NCBI GenBank assembly: GCA_963169885.1
Contig: CAUJFR010000414.1
Location: 1 to 50,936, forward strand
Direction of reading: 5' to 3'
DNA: 50,936 nucleotides
From: Bacteroidota bacterium
GTDB taxonomy: Bacteria; Bacteroidota; Bacteroidia; Chitinophagales; Chitinophagaceae
A program made the translations under genes and the position numbers. Below are positions 9,464 to 18,202 of the stretch, one piece after another; positions within the stretch are counted from its first letter, which is position 1; each line of letters starts with the position of its first letter. Below the pieces are notes generated by a model, which made no database searches, was not told where the DNA came from, and was given only the letters and a program-made list of their open reading frames with translations.

Positions 9464-10624
9464 ATGGAATTGCCACTCTGGAAACAAATACTGATGATTG
9501 TGGGTTCGGCTATCATGCTGACTCTTGCAATCTACCTGATGTCTGTTTTTAACAGCCTCTTTGCCGGAATCCGTTATAAATGGCTGCGGAAAAACCTGGC
9601 CGTACTCCTGGTCGCACTCTGTTTTATGTTTTCGCTGACGGCTATTTCCTCTGAACTCTATGTGCTGGCTGAAAAAAAGGGTTGGCTGAAAGCTACATTA
9701 TTACAGGTATTAAATACCACACTCATCACATTTTTTGTGTATAATTCTTTCCTGCTGGTCAACCTGATCCGGGGATTAAAAAAGCTCAGTTTTGTCAAGT
9801 ATCATGCGATCATCATCCTGACGATTATTTTATCCGCACTGCTGGTATATACCGGGATTAATTATTTTCAAAACGGAATGAAGTTCGTAAACCTGAAAGC
9901 CACCCTGCTTTTCAGTTTTTATAATGCGGCCACGGCCGGATTGATTTATGCATCAGTCAGCTATGTGGAACTGGACCGTAAGCGGAAACTGAATGAAAAA
10001 GAACTGGAAGTTACCCGGTTGATGGCGCTGAAGACCAAGGCAGAACTGGATGCGCTGCATTCCAAAGTGAATCCGCATTTTCTGTACAATGCACTTAATT
10101 CTATTGCTGATCTTTCTGTTACAGATGGCAAAAAAGCCCGGCGTATGACGATTGCCCTGGCCGATCTTTTCCGGTACAGCATTAATTACAGCCAGAATAA
10201 TTTTTCCAGTGTCAATGATGAAGTGGCCATGACCGAAGTCTACCTGCAGATCGAGAAAATCCGTTTTGAAGACCAGCTCAATTATACCGTGTCGGTGGAA
10301 CCGGAGGCGGGTCATTACCTGGTCCCCCGGTTTATCCTGCAGCCCCTGGTGGAAAACGCGGTAAAGCACGGACTGAAAGCCACCGGCATGATGACTGAAA
10401 TCCACCTGGATGTGAAAGTACAGGGGGATAGTCTGCAGATTAGTATTGCGGATAATGGTCCGGCATTTCCGGATGAACTGACACCCGGTTATGGAGTGAA
10501 AAGTGTCTATGATAAAATGGACCTTTTGTTTCCCGGCCTCTATGAAATCCGGTTTGTAAATGAGCCGGCAAAACAGGTTATACTCACACTAAATAAACTG
10601 ATCAAGAATGAACCGGTTATTTAA
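9464..10624 (+). CDS. LytS/YehU-type membrane sensor histidine kinase
   Basis: About 5 N-terminal TM segments; AELDALHSKVNPHFLYNALNSI H-box; LQPLVENAVKHG N-box; DNG. Confidence 0.93.
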   Translation: MELPLWKQILMIVGSAIMLTLAIYLMSVFNSLFAGIRYKWLRKNLAVLLVALCFMFSLTAISSELYVLAEKKGWLKATLLQVLNTTLITFFVYNSFLLVNLIRGLKKLSFVKYHAIIILTIILSALLVYTGINYFQNGMKFVNLKATLLFSFYNAATAGLIYASVSYVELDRKRKLNEKELEVTRLMALKTKAELDALHSKVNPHFLYNALNSIADLSVTDGKKARRMTIALADLFRYSINYSQNNFSSVNDEVAMTEVYLQIEKIRFEDQLNYTVSVEPEAGHYLVPRFILQPLVENAVKHGLKATGMMTEIHLDVKVQGDSLQISIADNGPAFPDELTPGYGVKSVYDKMDLLFPGLYEIRFVNEPAKQVILTLNKLIKNEPVI

Positions 10625-11381
10625 AACGATTGTCATTGATGATGAGCCGGCTGCCCGCCGTCTCATGAAAAGCCTGTTAGCTGAATTCAGTGGAAGTATT
10701 GAAGTAATTGACGAGGCGGGAAACGGGAGGAAAGCTATTGAGAAAATTCACGCCCTCCGTCCGGATCTTATTTTCCTGGATATCCAGATGCCCGACCTCA
10801 CCGGTTTTGAAGTAATTGAACAACTCGAGTATAAACCCAATATTATTTTCACCACCGCTTACGAGCAATATGCAATCAAGGCCTTTGAAAGTTTTTCCAT
10901 TGACTACCTGCTGAAGCCCATCAAAGAAGAACGGCTGGAGCAAAGCATCCGGAAATTAACGGAGTTTGGAAAAATTGCCGGAACTGGTCCCGGTATTGAT
11001 GTAAGCGGACTACAGGAAATAATCCGGCAATTACAGGCACCACCCAAAGCAACCGCCCTGCCTATCAGGATAGGAGACAGGATTATCCTGCTGCGCTTTG
11101 AACAGATTGCCTACATGGAAGCGGAGGACAAATATGTGTATATACATACGACTGATGGCGTAAAACACCTGACCGATCATTCGCTTACTACTCTTTCCGA
11201 AAAGCTCCCTGCCCAGTTTTACCGTATCCAGAAATCATATATTATTAATAAAGACCGCATCCGTGAGATGCACCGGCATTTTAATGGCCGTTATCTCTTT
11301 ATAATGGACGATAAAGCCGGAACCCGGCTTACCTCCGGCCGCACTTATGCAGAAGCGATTCGGGCTGAATTTGGTCTCTGA
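10608..11381 (+). CDS. LytTR-family response regulator
   Basis: REC domain (IDDEP, FLDIQMP, TTAY, DYLLKP) plus LytTR domain (I.YMEAEDKY, FYRIQKSYIIN); overlaps the kinase by 17 nt. Confidence 0.95.
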   Translation: MNRLFKTIVIDDEPAARRLMKSLLAEFSGSIEVIDEAGNGRKAIEKIHALRPDLIFLDIQMPDLTGFEVIEQLEYKPNIIFTTAYEQYAIKAFESFSIDYLLKPIKEERLEQSIRKLTEFGKIAGTGPGIDVSGLQEIIRQLQAPPKATALPIRIGDRIILLRFEQIAYMEAEDKYVYIHTTDGVKHLTDHSLTTLSEKLPAQFYRIQKSYIINKDRIREMHRHFNGRYLFIMDDKAGTRLTSGRTYAEAIRAEFGL

Positions 11382-11413
11382 ACGCTTTCTCCGCACATCT
11401 TTTACCTGTATTC

Positions 11414-11443
11414 CCAGTTGATCCTGGTTAAGATTCCGTTTAT
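11414..11443 (+). promoter_or_regulatory. LytTR-binding direct repeat upstream of the receptor gene
   Basis: CCAGTTGAT-N12-TCCGTTTAT matches the LytTR consensus [TA][AC][CA]GTTN[AG][TG]-N12 at 8/9 and 9/9. Confidence 0.6.
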
Positions 11444-11644
11444 CCGCCCAATTCGCCTTTAATACGAATCCGGGGCAGATTTGTAACCGCCTTTCCCTCA
11501 GATCGTCATACTCCCATACTTAGAAACGGCCGAACATCCCTGAAACAGGCCGTTTAATTTAAAACAATGAACTATGTAATGCAAAGTACTGAATTTTGGG
11601 ATGTAATATCGAAAGACAGGTACTACACATTAAAATCAACGATT

Positions 11645-14110
11645 ATGAGATATTTTAAACATTTTATGGCAATCGCCCTTCTGGCTGTATCAATGATAAG
11701 CCAGGCCCAGAACGGAACAGGCAGAATCAAGGGTACAGTAACTGATGGTAGTGCTAAAATCCTGGAATCGGCGACCATTACTCTCTTAAGGGTCAGCGAC
11801 TCGAGTGTGGCAAAAATCAGTGTCGCCGACCGCAATGGCCGATTTGAATTTGAGGGAGTGGCAGCGGGCAGGTACTTCGTGCGTATTTCAGCAATAGGGC
11901 ATGAAAAGGGCTATTCTGAGACCATTGAACTGAATGACGCCAATCAGCTGATCACGTTAAAAAATATTGACCTGATCCCACAGCCCAAATCCATGGGCGG
12001 GGTTACCGTAACTGCCAAAAAACCGCTTATTGAGCAACGGATTGATAAGACCGTCGTGAATGTAGAGGCATCGGTAACTAATGTGGGTACATCAGCCATG
12101 GAAGTATTGGAAAAATCACCGGGTATATCTGTTGATAAGGATGGTAATATCAGTCTGAAAGGAAAACAGGGCGTACAGGTATTTATCGATGGCCGTCCCA
12201 GTTATTTGTCCGGTACCGATCTGGCCAATTACCTGCGCAGCCTAAGCAGTAATCAGCTGGACCAGATTGAGATTATGACGAATCCTCCGGCCAAATACGA
12301 TGCTGCCGGTAACAGCGGTATTATTAATATCAAAACAAAGAAGACAAAACAATTTGGTTATAACGGTTCCATTTCCACCACCTGGAGTCAGGGCCGTTAT
12401 CCGAAAGTGAATGAGTCATTCACGTTTAATTACCGGAAAAATAAAATCAATTTCTTCACCACCCTGGGTTATAATAACCGGCAGAATTTCCAGGACCTCG
12501 ATATACAACGGAAGTTCATTGAGTCATCTACGAAGGAAGTACGTTCTTATTTTAATCAGGAGTCAAGAATACGGGAGAAAAGCCAGAATTACAATGCAAA
12601 AATCGGATTGGATTATTTTGCCACAAAGAAAACCACTTTTGGTATTGTACTGAATGGATTTGATAATCCTGGAACCTTTGGTAACAGCAGTGATGTATTG
12701 ATTTCCGATCCGAATCGTACTTTATTGAGTCGTACCTATGCCAGTACTTCCAACGAAAAGAAATGGACCAACTACAGTGCCAACCTGAATTTCAGACATG
12801 TATTTGATTCCACCGGCCGTGAATTAACGGCAGATGCGGATTTCCTGACCTACAACAGTTCAAATCTGCAGGACCTGGTGAATGCATACTATGATGCAAG
12901 TGGTGCACCCCTGATGAAAGCAGATACTTTACTGGGCAGTCTGCCCCAGGATATCCACATCTATTCTGGTAAAATGGATTATGTTCATCCGCTGGCAAAA
13001 GGTGCCCGGTTTGAAGCAGGAGTGAAGACGAGTTTTGTGAACACGGATAATAATGCCATTTACGACAGCCTGAATTATGGCATCCGGGTCAGGGATATCG
13101 GACGCAGTAATCATTTTATCTATGAGGAGAATATCAATGCGGCCTATGTGAATTACAGTCGTCCGCTGTCAAAAAAACTGACAGCCCAATTGGGACTGCG
13201 ACTTGAAAACACCAATGCAAAAGGTAACCAGGTGACGACTGGCGTAAAATTCAAAAGAAACTATACCCAGTTATTCCCAACCGCTTTTCTGCAGTATACG
13301 ATAGATGAAAAAAATACATTCGGTCTGAATTATGGCCGCCGGGTAGAGCGTCCTGATTATGAAGACCTGAATCCGTTTATTATGTTCCTTGACAAATACA
13401 CATTTGAGCAGGGTAATCCCAACCTGCAGCCCCAGTTTTCGCAGAATATTGAACTGAGTCATACTTATAAAGGATTCCTGAATACCACGTTGAACTATAC
13501 CCGTACCACTGATATCATGAATGAAGTACTGGAACAGGATCCCAATAAGAATGAAACCGTGATCCGCAAGCAGAATATCGCCAAACAAAGACAGTATGGA
13601 ATTGCTGTGAGTGCCGGCGGCCAGTTGAACAAATGGTGGACCGGGAATATCTACGCCAACCTGTTTAATAACCGGTTTGAGGGAATTATTAACGGGGACC
13701 CCGTTACGATCAGCGCCAGCACCGGGCAGTTCAATGCCAATAACCAGTTTAAACTTGGTAAAACCATCAGTGCAGAACTTGGCGGTTTCTATATGACAGG
13801 AGGCGTGGATGGCGTGTTCCGGATCAAGGGATTTGGTATGATGAATATGGGCTTCAGCAAACAAGTATTCAAAGGCAAAGGAACGTTGCGGCTCAATATG
13901 CGGGATGTGCTGTACTCTCAGAAAATAAAAGGAACCATCAAATACAGTAATATCGATGCGGCTTTTCAGCAACGCAGGGATTCCCGCCAGATAGCCCTGG
14001 GTTTCACCTACCGCTTCAGTAAGGGTAAGATGAATAATAACGGGCAGAAGCGGAAAACAGGCGGTGCCTCTGAAGAGCAGAACCGTGTTAAAACAGGAGG
14101 GGAGAATTAG
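11645..14110 (+). CDS. TonB-dependent-receptor-like outer membrane beta-barrel protein (carboxypeptidase-regulatory-like N domain, plug, OMP_b-brl_3-type barrel)
   Basis: Signal peptide from ATG 11645 (in-frame alternative start 11567); EVLEKSPG, IEIMTNPPAKYDAAG..GIINI plug motif; GNPNLQPQF; last strand FTYRF followed by a tail. Confidence 0.88.
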   Translation: MRYFKHFMAIALLAVSMISQAQNGTGRIKGTVTDGSAKILESATITLLRVSDSSVAKISVADRNGRFEFEGVAAGRYFVRISAIGHEKGYSETIELNDANQLITLKNIDLIPQPKSMGGVTVTAKKPLIEQRIDKTVVNVEASVTNVGTSAMEVLEKSPGISVDKDGNISLKGKQGVQVFIDGRPSYLSGTDLANYLRSLSSNQLDQIEIMTNPPAKYDAAGNSGIINIKTKKTKQFGYNGSISTTWSQGRYPKVNESFTFNYRKNKINFFTTLGYNNRQNFQDLDIQRKFIESSTKEVRSYFNQESRIREKSQNYNAKIGLDYFATKKTTFGIVLNGFDNPGTFGNSSDVLISDPNRTLLSRTYASTSNEKKWTNYSANLNFRHVFDSTGRELTADADFLTYNSSNLQDLVNAYYDASGAPLMKADTLLGSLPQDIHIYSGKMDYVHPLAKGARFEAGVKTSFVNTDNNAIYDSLNYGIRVRDIGRSNHFIYEENINAAYVNYSRPLSKKLTAQLGLRLENTNAKGNQVTTGVKFKRNYTQLFPTAFLQYTIDEKNTFGLNYGRRVERPDYEDLNPFIMFLDKYTFEQGNPNLQPQFSQNIELSHTYKGFLNTTLNYTRTTDIMNEVLEQDPNKNETVIRKQNIAKQRQYGIAVSAGGQLNKWWTGNIYANLFNNRFEGIINGDPVTISASTGQFNANNQFKLGKTISAELGGFYMTGGVDGVFRIKGFGMMNMGFSKQVFKGKGTLRLNMRDVLYSQKIKGTIKYSNIDAAFQQRRDSRQIALGFTYRFSKGKMNNNGQKRKTGGASEEQNRVKTGGEN

Positions 14111-14173
14111 TCAGTAGTTAGCAGACAGTAGTTAGTAGTCAATAATCAATAATCAATAGCCGGTAGTCGTTAG
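14111..14173. repeat. Heptamer tandem array (9 units, consensus T[CT][AG][GA]TAG)
   Basis: tcagtag ttagcag acagtag ttagtag tcaataa tcaataa tcaatag ccggtag tcgttag, starting immediately after the stop codon. Confidence 0.8.
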
Positions 14174-14220
14174 TCCGTTTCAAGGATTAATGCTATCGGC
14201 TTTATGCTTTTGTTATTTAA

Positions 14221-14243
14221 TATGTTAATGCGCTATTAACATA
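14221..14243. promoter_or_regulatory. Perfect palindrome, candidate operator
   Basis: TATGTTAAT-GCGCT-ATTAACATA, about 150 nt upstream of the second receptor gene. Confidence 0.45.
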
Positions 14244-14390
14244 CATGTGCTGTATCCCTGTTTTTTTCCGTTTGTGTAACCACATATCTATTTGACCCTT
14301 TAACACGAGAAGTACGAAGCTTGTCATATTTGCTTTTTTGGGCTGAACAGATTGTTTCATTTTTACATAGATTTTTCACCAACAATAGCC

Positions 14391-16862
14391 ATGAATATGA
14401 GACAGAACCTTAACCTTCTGCTGCTACTCGTCGTATGCAGTTTAACCTCTCTTGCGCAAAGCAAACCCGGACGTATCACCGGCCATGTACAGGATGATGC
14501 ACAAAAACCAATAGCGGGTGCCACTATTACTTTACTGCGGTATGCGGATTCAGCCCTTTTTAAAACAGCCGTTTCCGGTAAGGATGGACGTTTTGAATTT
14601 GACAACCTGTCTGCTGAAAAGTACCTGTTAATGATATCAGCTGTTGGATATGCGATGATGAATACCGCATTGATGGAAGTGGTTCCGGGATCAGATACTG
14701 AAACCGGGAAAATAACCCTGAAGTCTGCGGCAAAGAATTTGGAAGGGGTAACGATCTCCGCCAAAAAGCCATTTATCGAAACAAAGATCGACCGGACCAT
14801 CGTGAATGTTGATGCTTCGCCCACGAATGCGGGAGCAACGGCCCTGGAAGTATTGGAAAAATCGCCGGGTATTATGGTTAATAATGATGGGGCTATCAGT
14901 CTGAGGGGAAAAGCGGGTGTCATCGTAATGCTCGATGGCAAACCCAGTTTTCTTTCTCCGGGTGACCTGGCCAATCTGCTGAAGAATATGCCGGCTTCTT
15001 CGATTGATCAGATCGAAATTATGACCAATCCTTCCTCAAAGTATGATGCTTCAGGGAACGCCGGAGTAATTAATATAAAAACAAAAAAAGGAAAGACGGC
15101 CGGATTTAACGGATCGGTCATGGCGGGCATCACTACCAGTTTATTTGAACAGGCTGGTACGCTTTACGTCATTCCTAAGTCGCAAAACAGTATCAGTTTT
15201 AACTACCGGAAAAATAAGATCAATTTTTTTGGTAATTATAATCCCAATGTGTTCAGGGGCAGGAATAACCTGGAGATTTCACGTACCAAACTGGATGCCG
15301 ATAAAAATATTCTCGGGTACAATGAGGTTAATACCAATTTTAAATTCGGAAATAACAACCATACCCTGAAACTTGGTCTTGATTTATTTGCCGATAAGAA
15401 AAATACATTCGGAGTCGTGGTCAGCGGATTCACATTTTCCGGCCATCCAACACCGGTAACGGTAACGAATACCCTGGATGCGGACCGGCAATTACTGGGT
15501 CAGATGGTTTCCCGGACCGATAATCAACTGCGTTTCCGGAATTTTACCGGTAATTTCAATTACCGCCATCAGTTTGATTCATCCGGACGCGAACTTACGG
15601 CCGACGCGGATTTCATTACCTATGATAACACATCGGATATGACACTCAGTACGGACTTCTATAACGGGAACGGACAACCCTTCGGAGACCCGCTGATACT
15701 GCGTGGACATTTACCTTCCACAATAAGTATCTACTCTCTTAAATCCGATTATATCCATCCATTAAAAAATGGAGGACGTGTGGAAGCAGGAATAAAAAGC
15801 AGTTATGTAACCAATGATAACCTGGTGAATTATGAGCGGTGGGACCTGAGTAAATGGGTGGCCGACAGCCGTTCCAATCATTTTATCTATGAGGAGAATA
15901 TTAATGCGGTTTACCTGAATGCGAATACCCAGGTAAAAAAATGGTCATTCCAGGGCGGATTACGCCTGGAGAATACCATCGCTAAAGGATACCAGGTTAC
16001 GAATGATTCCAGCTTCCGCCGGCATTTCACGAACCTTTTCCCAAGTGCATTTGTCAGTTACGCCGCGGATAAAAATCACCAGCTGACCTTATCGTACAGC
16101 AGGCGGATTACCCGTCCAAACTACCGTGACCTGAATCCGTTTATTTATTTTCTGGATTCCCTCTCTTACCGGAAAGGCAATCCCTTCCTGTTGCCCCAGT
16201 TTACCCATAATATTGAACTCAGTCATTCCTTCAAAGGCAAGCTGATTACCACGCTGAATTATAACAACACCAATAGTGTGATTTCACAAATCCTGAAAGC
16301 AGATGGAGACCTTGTCTTCCTGACCTCTGAAAATGTTTCCCGTTTCCGGAATATTGGGATTGCCATTACCGCACCGGTGCCGGTAACCAAGTGGTGGATG
16401 TCCAATCTTTTTTTCAATCTTTTTAATAATCATTATGAAGGAACGTATGAAGACAAACCGCTTGATATGTCCTATACTTCTTTTATGGTAAACATGACAC
16501 AGACGTTTACATTGAAACCCGGTTTCTCGCTGGAACTTACGGGCTTTTACCGCGCCAGAGGGGTGGATCAGCTGAGCATTGATGAACCGATGTATGTATT
16601 GAGCTTCGGTGGACAGAAAACGGTGTTGAAAGGGAAGGGGACTTTGCGGCTGAATCTCCGGGATCCATTCTGGATGCAGCGGTACAGGGGGAGTACCAAT
16701 TACGATATCATTTCAACTACTGTCCGAAACCGGTGGGATAACCGCCAGATTACGACTTCCTTTACCTACCGGTTTGGCAAATCAAATGGCCAGCCCGCAC
16801 CCTCACGGAGAAGAAACAGTGCTTCGCAGGAAGAACAGAACCGGGTAGGGCAGGGCAATTAA
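14391..16862 (+). CDS. Second TonB-dependent-receptor-like outer membrane beta-barrel protein, paralog of 11645-14110
   Basis: Same architecture and shared blocks (EVLEKSPGI, FNYRKNKINFF, SNHFIYEENINA, EEQNRV); signal peptide from ATG 14391/14397. Confidence 0.88.
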   Translation: MNMRQNLNLLLLLVVCSLTSLAQSKPGRITGHVQDDAQKPIAGATITLLRYADSALFKTAVSGKDGRFEFDNLSAEKYLLMISAVGYAMMNTALMEVVPGSDTETGKITLKSAAKNLEGVTISAKKPFIETKIDRTIVNVDASPTNAGATALEVLEKSPGIMVNNDGAISLRGKAGVIVMLDGKPSFLSPGDLANLLKNMPASSIDQIEIMTNPSSKYDASGNAGVINIKTKKGKTAGFNGSVMAGITTSLFEQAGTLYVIPKSQNSISFNYRKNKINFFGNYNPNVFRGRNNLEISRTKLDADKNILGYNEVNTNFKFGNNNHTLKLGLDLFADKKNTFGVVVSGFTFSGHPTPVTVTNTLDADRQLLGQMVSRTDNQLRFRNFTGNFNYRHQFDSSGRELTADADFITYDNTSDMTLSTDFYNGNGQPFGDPLILRGHLPSTISIYSLKSDYIHPLKNGGRVEAGIKSSYVTNDNLVNYERWDLSKWVADSRSNHFIYEENINAVYLNANTQVKKWSFQGGLRLENTIAKGYQVTNDSSFRRHFTNLFPSAFVSYAADKNHQLTLSYSRRITRPNYRDLNPFIYFLDSLSYRKGNPFLLPQFTHNIELSHSFKGKLITTLNYNNTNSVISQILKADGDLVFLTSENVSRFRNIGIAITAPVPVTKWWMSNLFFNLFNNHYEGTYEDKPLDMSYTSFMVNMTQTFTLKPGFSLELTGFYRARGVDQLSIDEPMYVLSFGGQKTVLKGKGTLRLNLRDPFWMQRYRGSTNYDIISTTVRNRWDNRQITTSFTYRFGKSNGQPAPSRRRNSASQEEQNRVGQGN

Positions 16863-16955
16863 CCCATTTTCCGGATTCATGGGGCCTGTCCGGGAAAGGT
16901 CCTTCTTTAACAGGAAGGACTTATTTATATTTGCGGACACTCAAAACGAACAACT

Positions 16956-17447
16956 ATGCCATCCTTTGATATTGTCAGTAAAGTAGAAGCCCAGGCGCTT
17001 GACAACGCCGTTAATGTAACCACTAAGGAAATCACGAACCGGTTTGATTTTAAAGGGTCCCATGTAGTTATTAACCTGGATAAAAAGGAGTTTCTGCTCA
17101 AGCTGGAAACCGATGACGATATGAAAATGGGACAACTGATTGATGTTTTGATCAGCCGGGCCCATAAGCAGGGGATTGCACCCGAGGCTTTTGATGCATC
17201 CAAAGCTGGAGCCCAAAGCGGGAAAGTCTGGAAAAAAGAAGTGAAAGTCAGAAATGGCCTGGTACAGGAAGACGCCAAAAAGATCGTCAAGCTGATAAAA
17301 GACGCCGGGCTGAAGGTACAGGCATCGATCAATGATGATCTGGTACGGGTAACGGGAAAGAAAATAGATGACCTGCAGTCGGTGATCCAGCTCTGTAAGA
17401 CCGCCAATCTCGGGTTCCCGCTTCAATATGTGAATATGCGTGACTAA
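16956..17447 (+). CDS. yajQ: YajQ-family nucleotide/cyclic-di-GMP-binding protein
   Basis: MPSFDIVS, RFDFKG, KVQASI..D.VRVTGKKIDDLQ, PLQYVNMRD. Confidence 0.93.
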   Translation: MPSFDIVSKVEAQALDNAVNVTTKEITNRFDFKGSHVVINLDKKEFLLKLETDDDMKMGQLIDVLISRAHKQGIAPEAFDASKAGAQSGKVWKKEVKVRNGLVQEDAKKIVKLIKDAGLKVQASINDDLVRVTGKKIDDLQSVIQLCKTANLGFPLQYVNMRD

Positions 17448-17517
17448 AAGAGGGATAAACGGCTATTTCAGGTGCATAATTAAGTGCAGAATGGGTGCAT
17501 ATCATAATGGCTGAAAA

Positions 17518-17549
17518 TTTGGAAACAGGGTTTAAAAAGATTACATTTG
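17518..17549 (+). promoter_or_regulatory. Bacteroidota -33/-7 promoter with no annotated CDS directly downstream
   Basis: TTTG (17518-17521), 20-nt spacer, TACATTTG (17542-17549). Confidence 0.65.
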
Positions 17550-17554
17550 GTATA

Positions 17555-17730
17555 CAACTGCACGATGTCTTAGCAATAAGACAGAAATGCAAGAGGGGAT
17601 TCAGAAGCCTTTCAAACGGTGGAAAATCTCCGGAAACAGCCCTTCAATAAGGCGGTTTTCAGAAAGCGTCGGGTAAGTAAGCGGAAGGCGAAAGCCGGAA
17701 ACTGAGCTCACTTGGCGCTTTCATCTTTTT
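17555..17730 (+). ncRNA. Candidate structured small RNA (three hairpins, GNRA loops, terminator-like end)
   Basis: Upstream promoter; TGTCTTA-GCAA-TAAGACA stem; GAGGGG/CCCTTC stem; 13-bp GAAAGCGTCGGGT/ACTTGGCGCTTTC stem with three G-U pairs enclosing GGC-GAAA-GCC, then ATCTTTTT. Confidence 0.5.
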
Positions 17731-17739
17731 GCCCCTTTA

Positions 17740-17771
17740 TTTGGCCGAAAGCCGCTTCTGGCCTATATTTG
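17740..17771 (+). promoter_or_regulatory. Bacteroidota -33/-7 promoter for the L31 gene
   Basis: TTTG (17740-17743), 20-nt spacer, TATATTTG (17764-17771). Confidence 0.7.
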
Positions 17772-17834
17772 CAACCCAAATTTATCTATTCATCTATACG
17801 GCAAAATCCGTATAGCCTTAAAAATCATAGTATT

Positions 17835-18083
17835 ATGAAAAAAGGACTCCATCCCGACAGCTACCGGTTAGTAGTTTTTAAAGACATGAGTAACGGACAT
17901 TCTTTCCTGAGCCGTTCTACCGCCGCTTCCAAAGAAACCGTTCAGTGGGAAGATGGTAAAGATTATCCCCTGATCAAACTGGAGATTTCCAACATGTCGC
18001 ACCCCTTCTTTACCGGTAAAAACATGCTGGTGGATACGGCAGGACGTATCGACAAATTCAACAAGAAGTACGCGAAAAAATAA
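17835..18083 (+). CDS. rpmE2: 50S ribosomal protein L31 type B
   Basis: [17 protein letters not shown]...[27 protein letters not shown]; no Zn-ribbon cysteines; start moved to ATG 17835. Confidence 0.95.
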   Translation: MKKGLHPDSYRLVVFKDMSNGHSFLSRSTAASKETVQWEDGKDYPLIKLEISNMSHPFFTGKNMLVDTAGRIDKFNKKYAKK

Positions 18084-18100
18084 GAAAAACATTAACTTGT

Positions 18101-18137
18101 GCAGAGCTCTTTGCGAAAGCGAGGAGTTTTGTTTTTC
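18101..18137 (+). terminator. Probable intrinsic terminator after L31
   Basis: CAGAGCTCTTTGC-GAAA-GCGAGGAGTTTTG (G-U-rich stem) then TTTTT; a second hairpin AACCTCCCGG/CCGGGAGGTT lies at about 18152-18175. Confidence 0.6.
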
Positions 18138-18202
18138 ATGGCTATACTTTAAACCTCCCGGTTCTCCGGGAGGTTGTTTATTTTTACACCTAATTCCATT
18201 CC

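Noticed and set aside
17555-17730. c-di-GMP riboswitch, SRP RNA, 6S RNA or hammerhead ribozyme
   Set aside because: I could not find the GEMM core, the SRP domain IV loop, 6S-type end-to-end pairing, or a CUGANGA...GAAA core in the right order; kept only as an unassigned candidate
17712-17834. N-terminal extensions in the ORF track (L31; likewise ribBA, SET, ORF6N, GCS2, pafA, cytochrome c)
   Set aside because: Extensions run through promoter, terminator or repeat sequence, and family-typical N-termini begin at downstream ATGs
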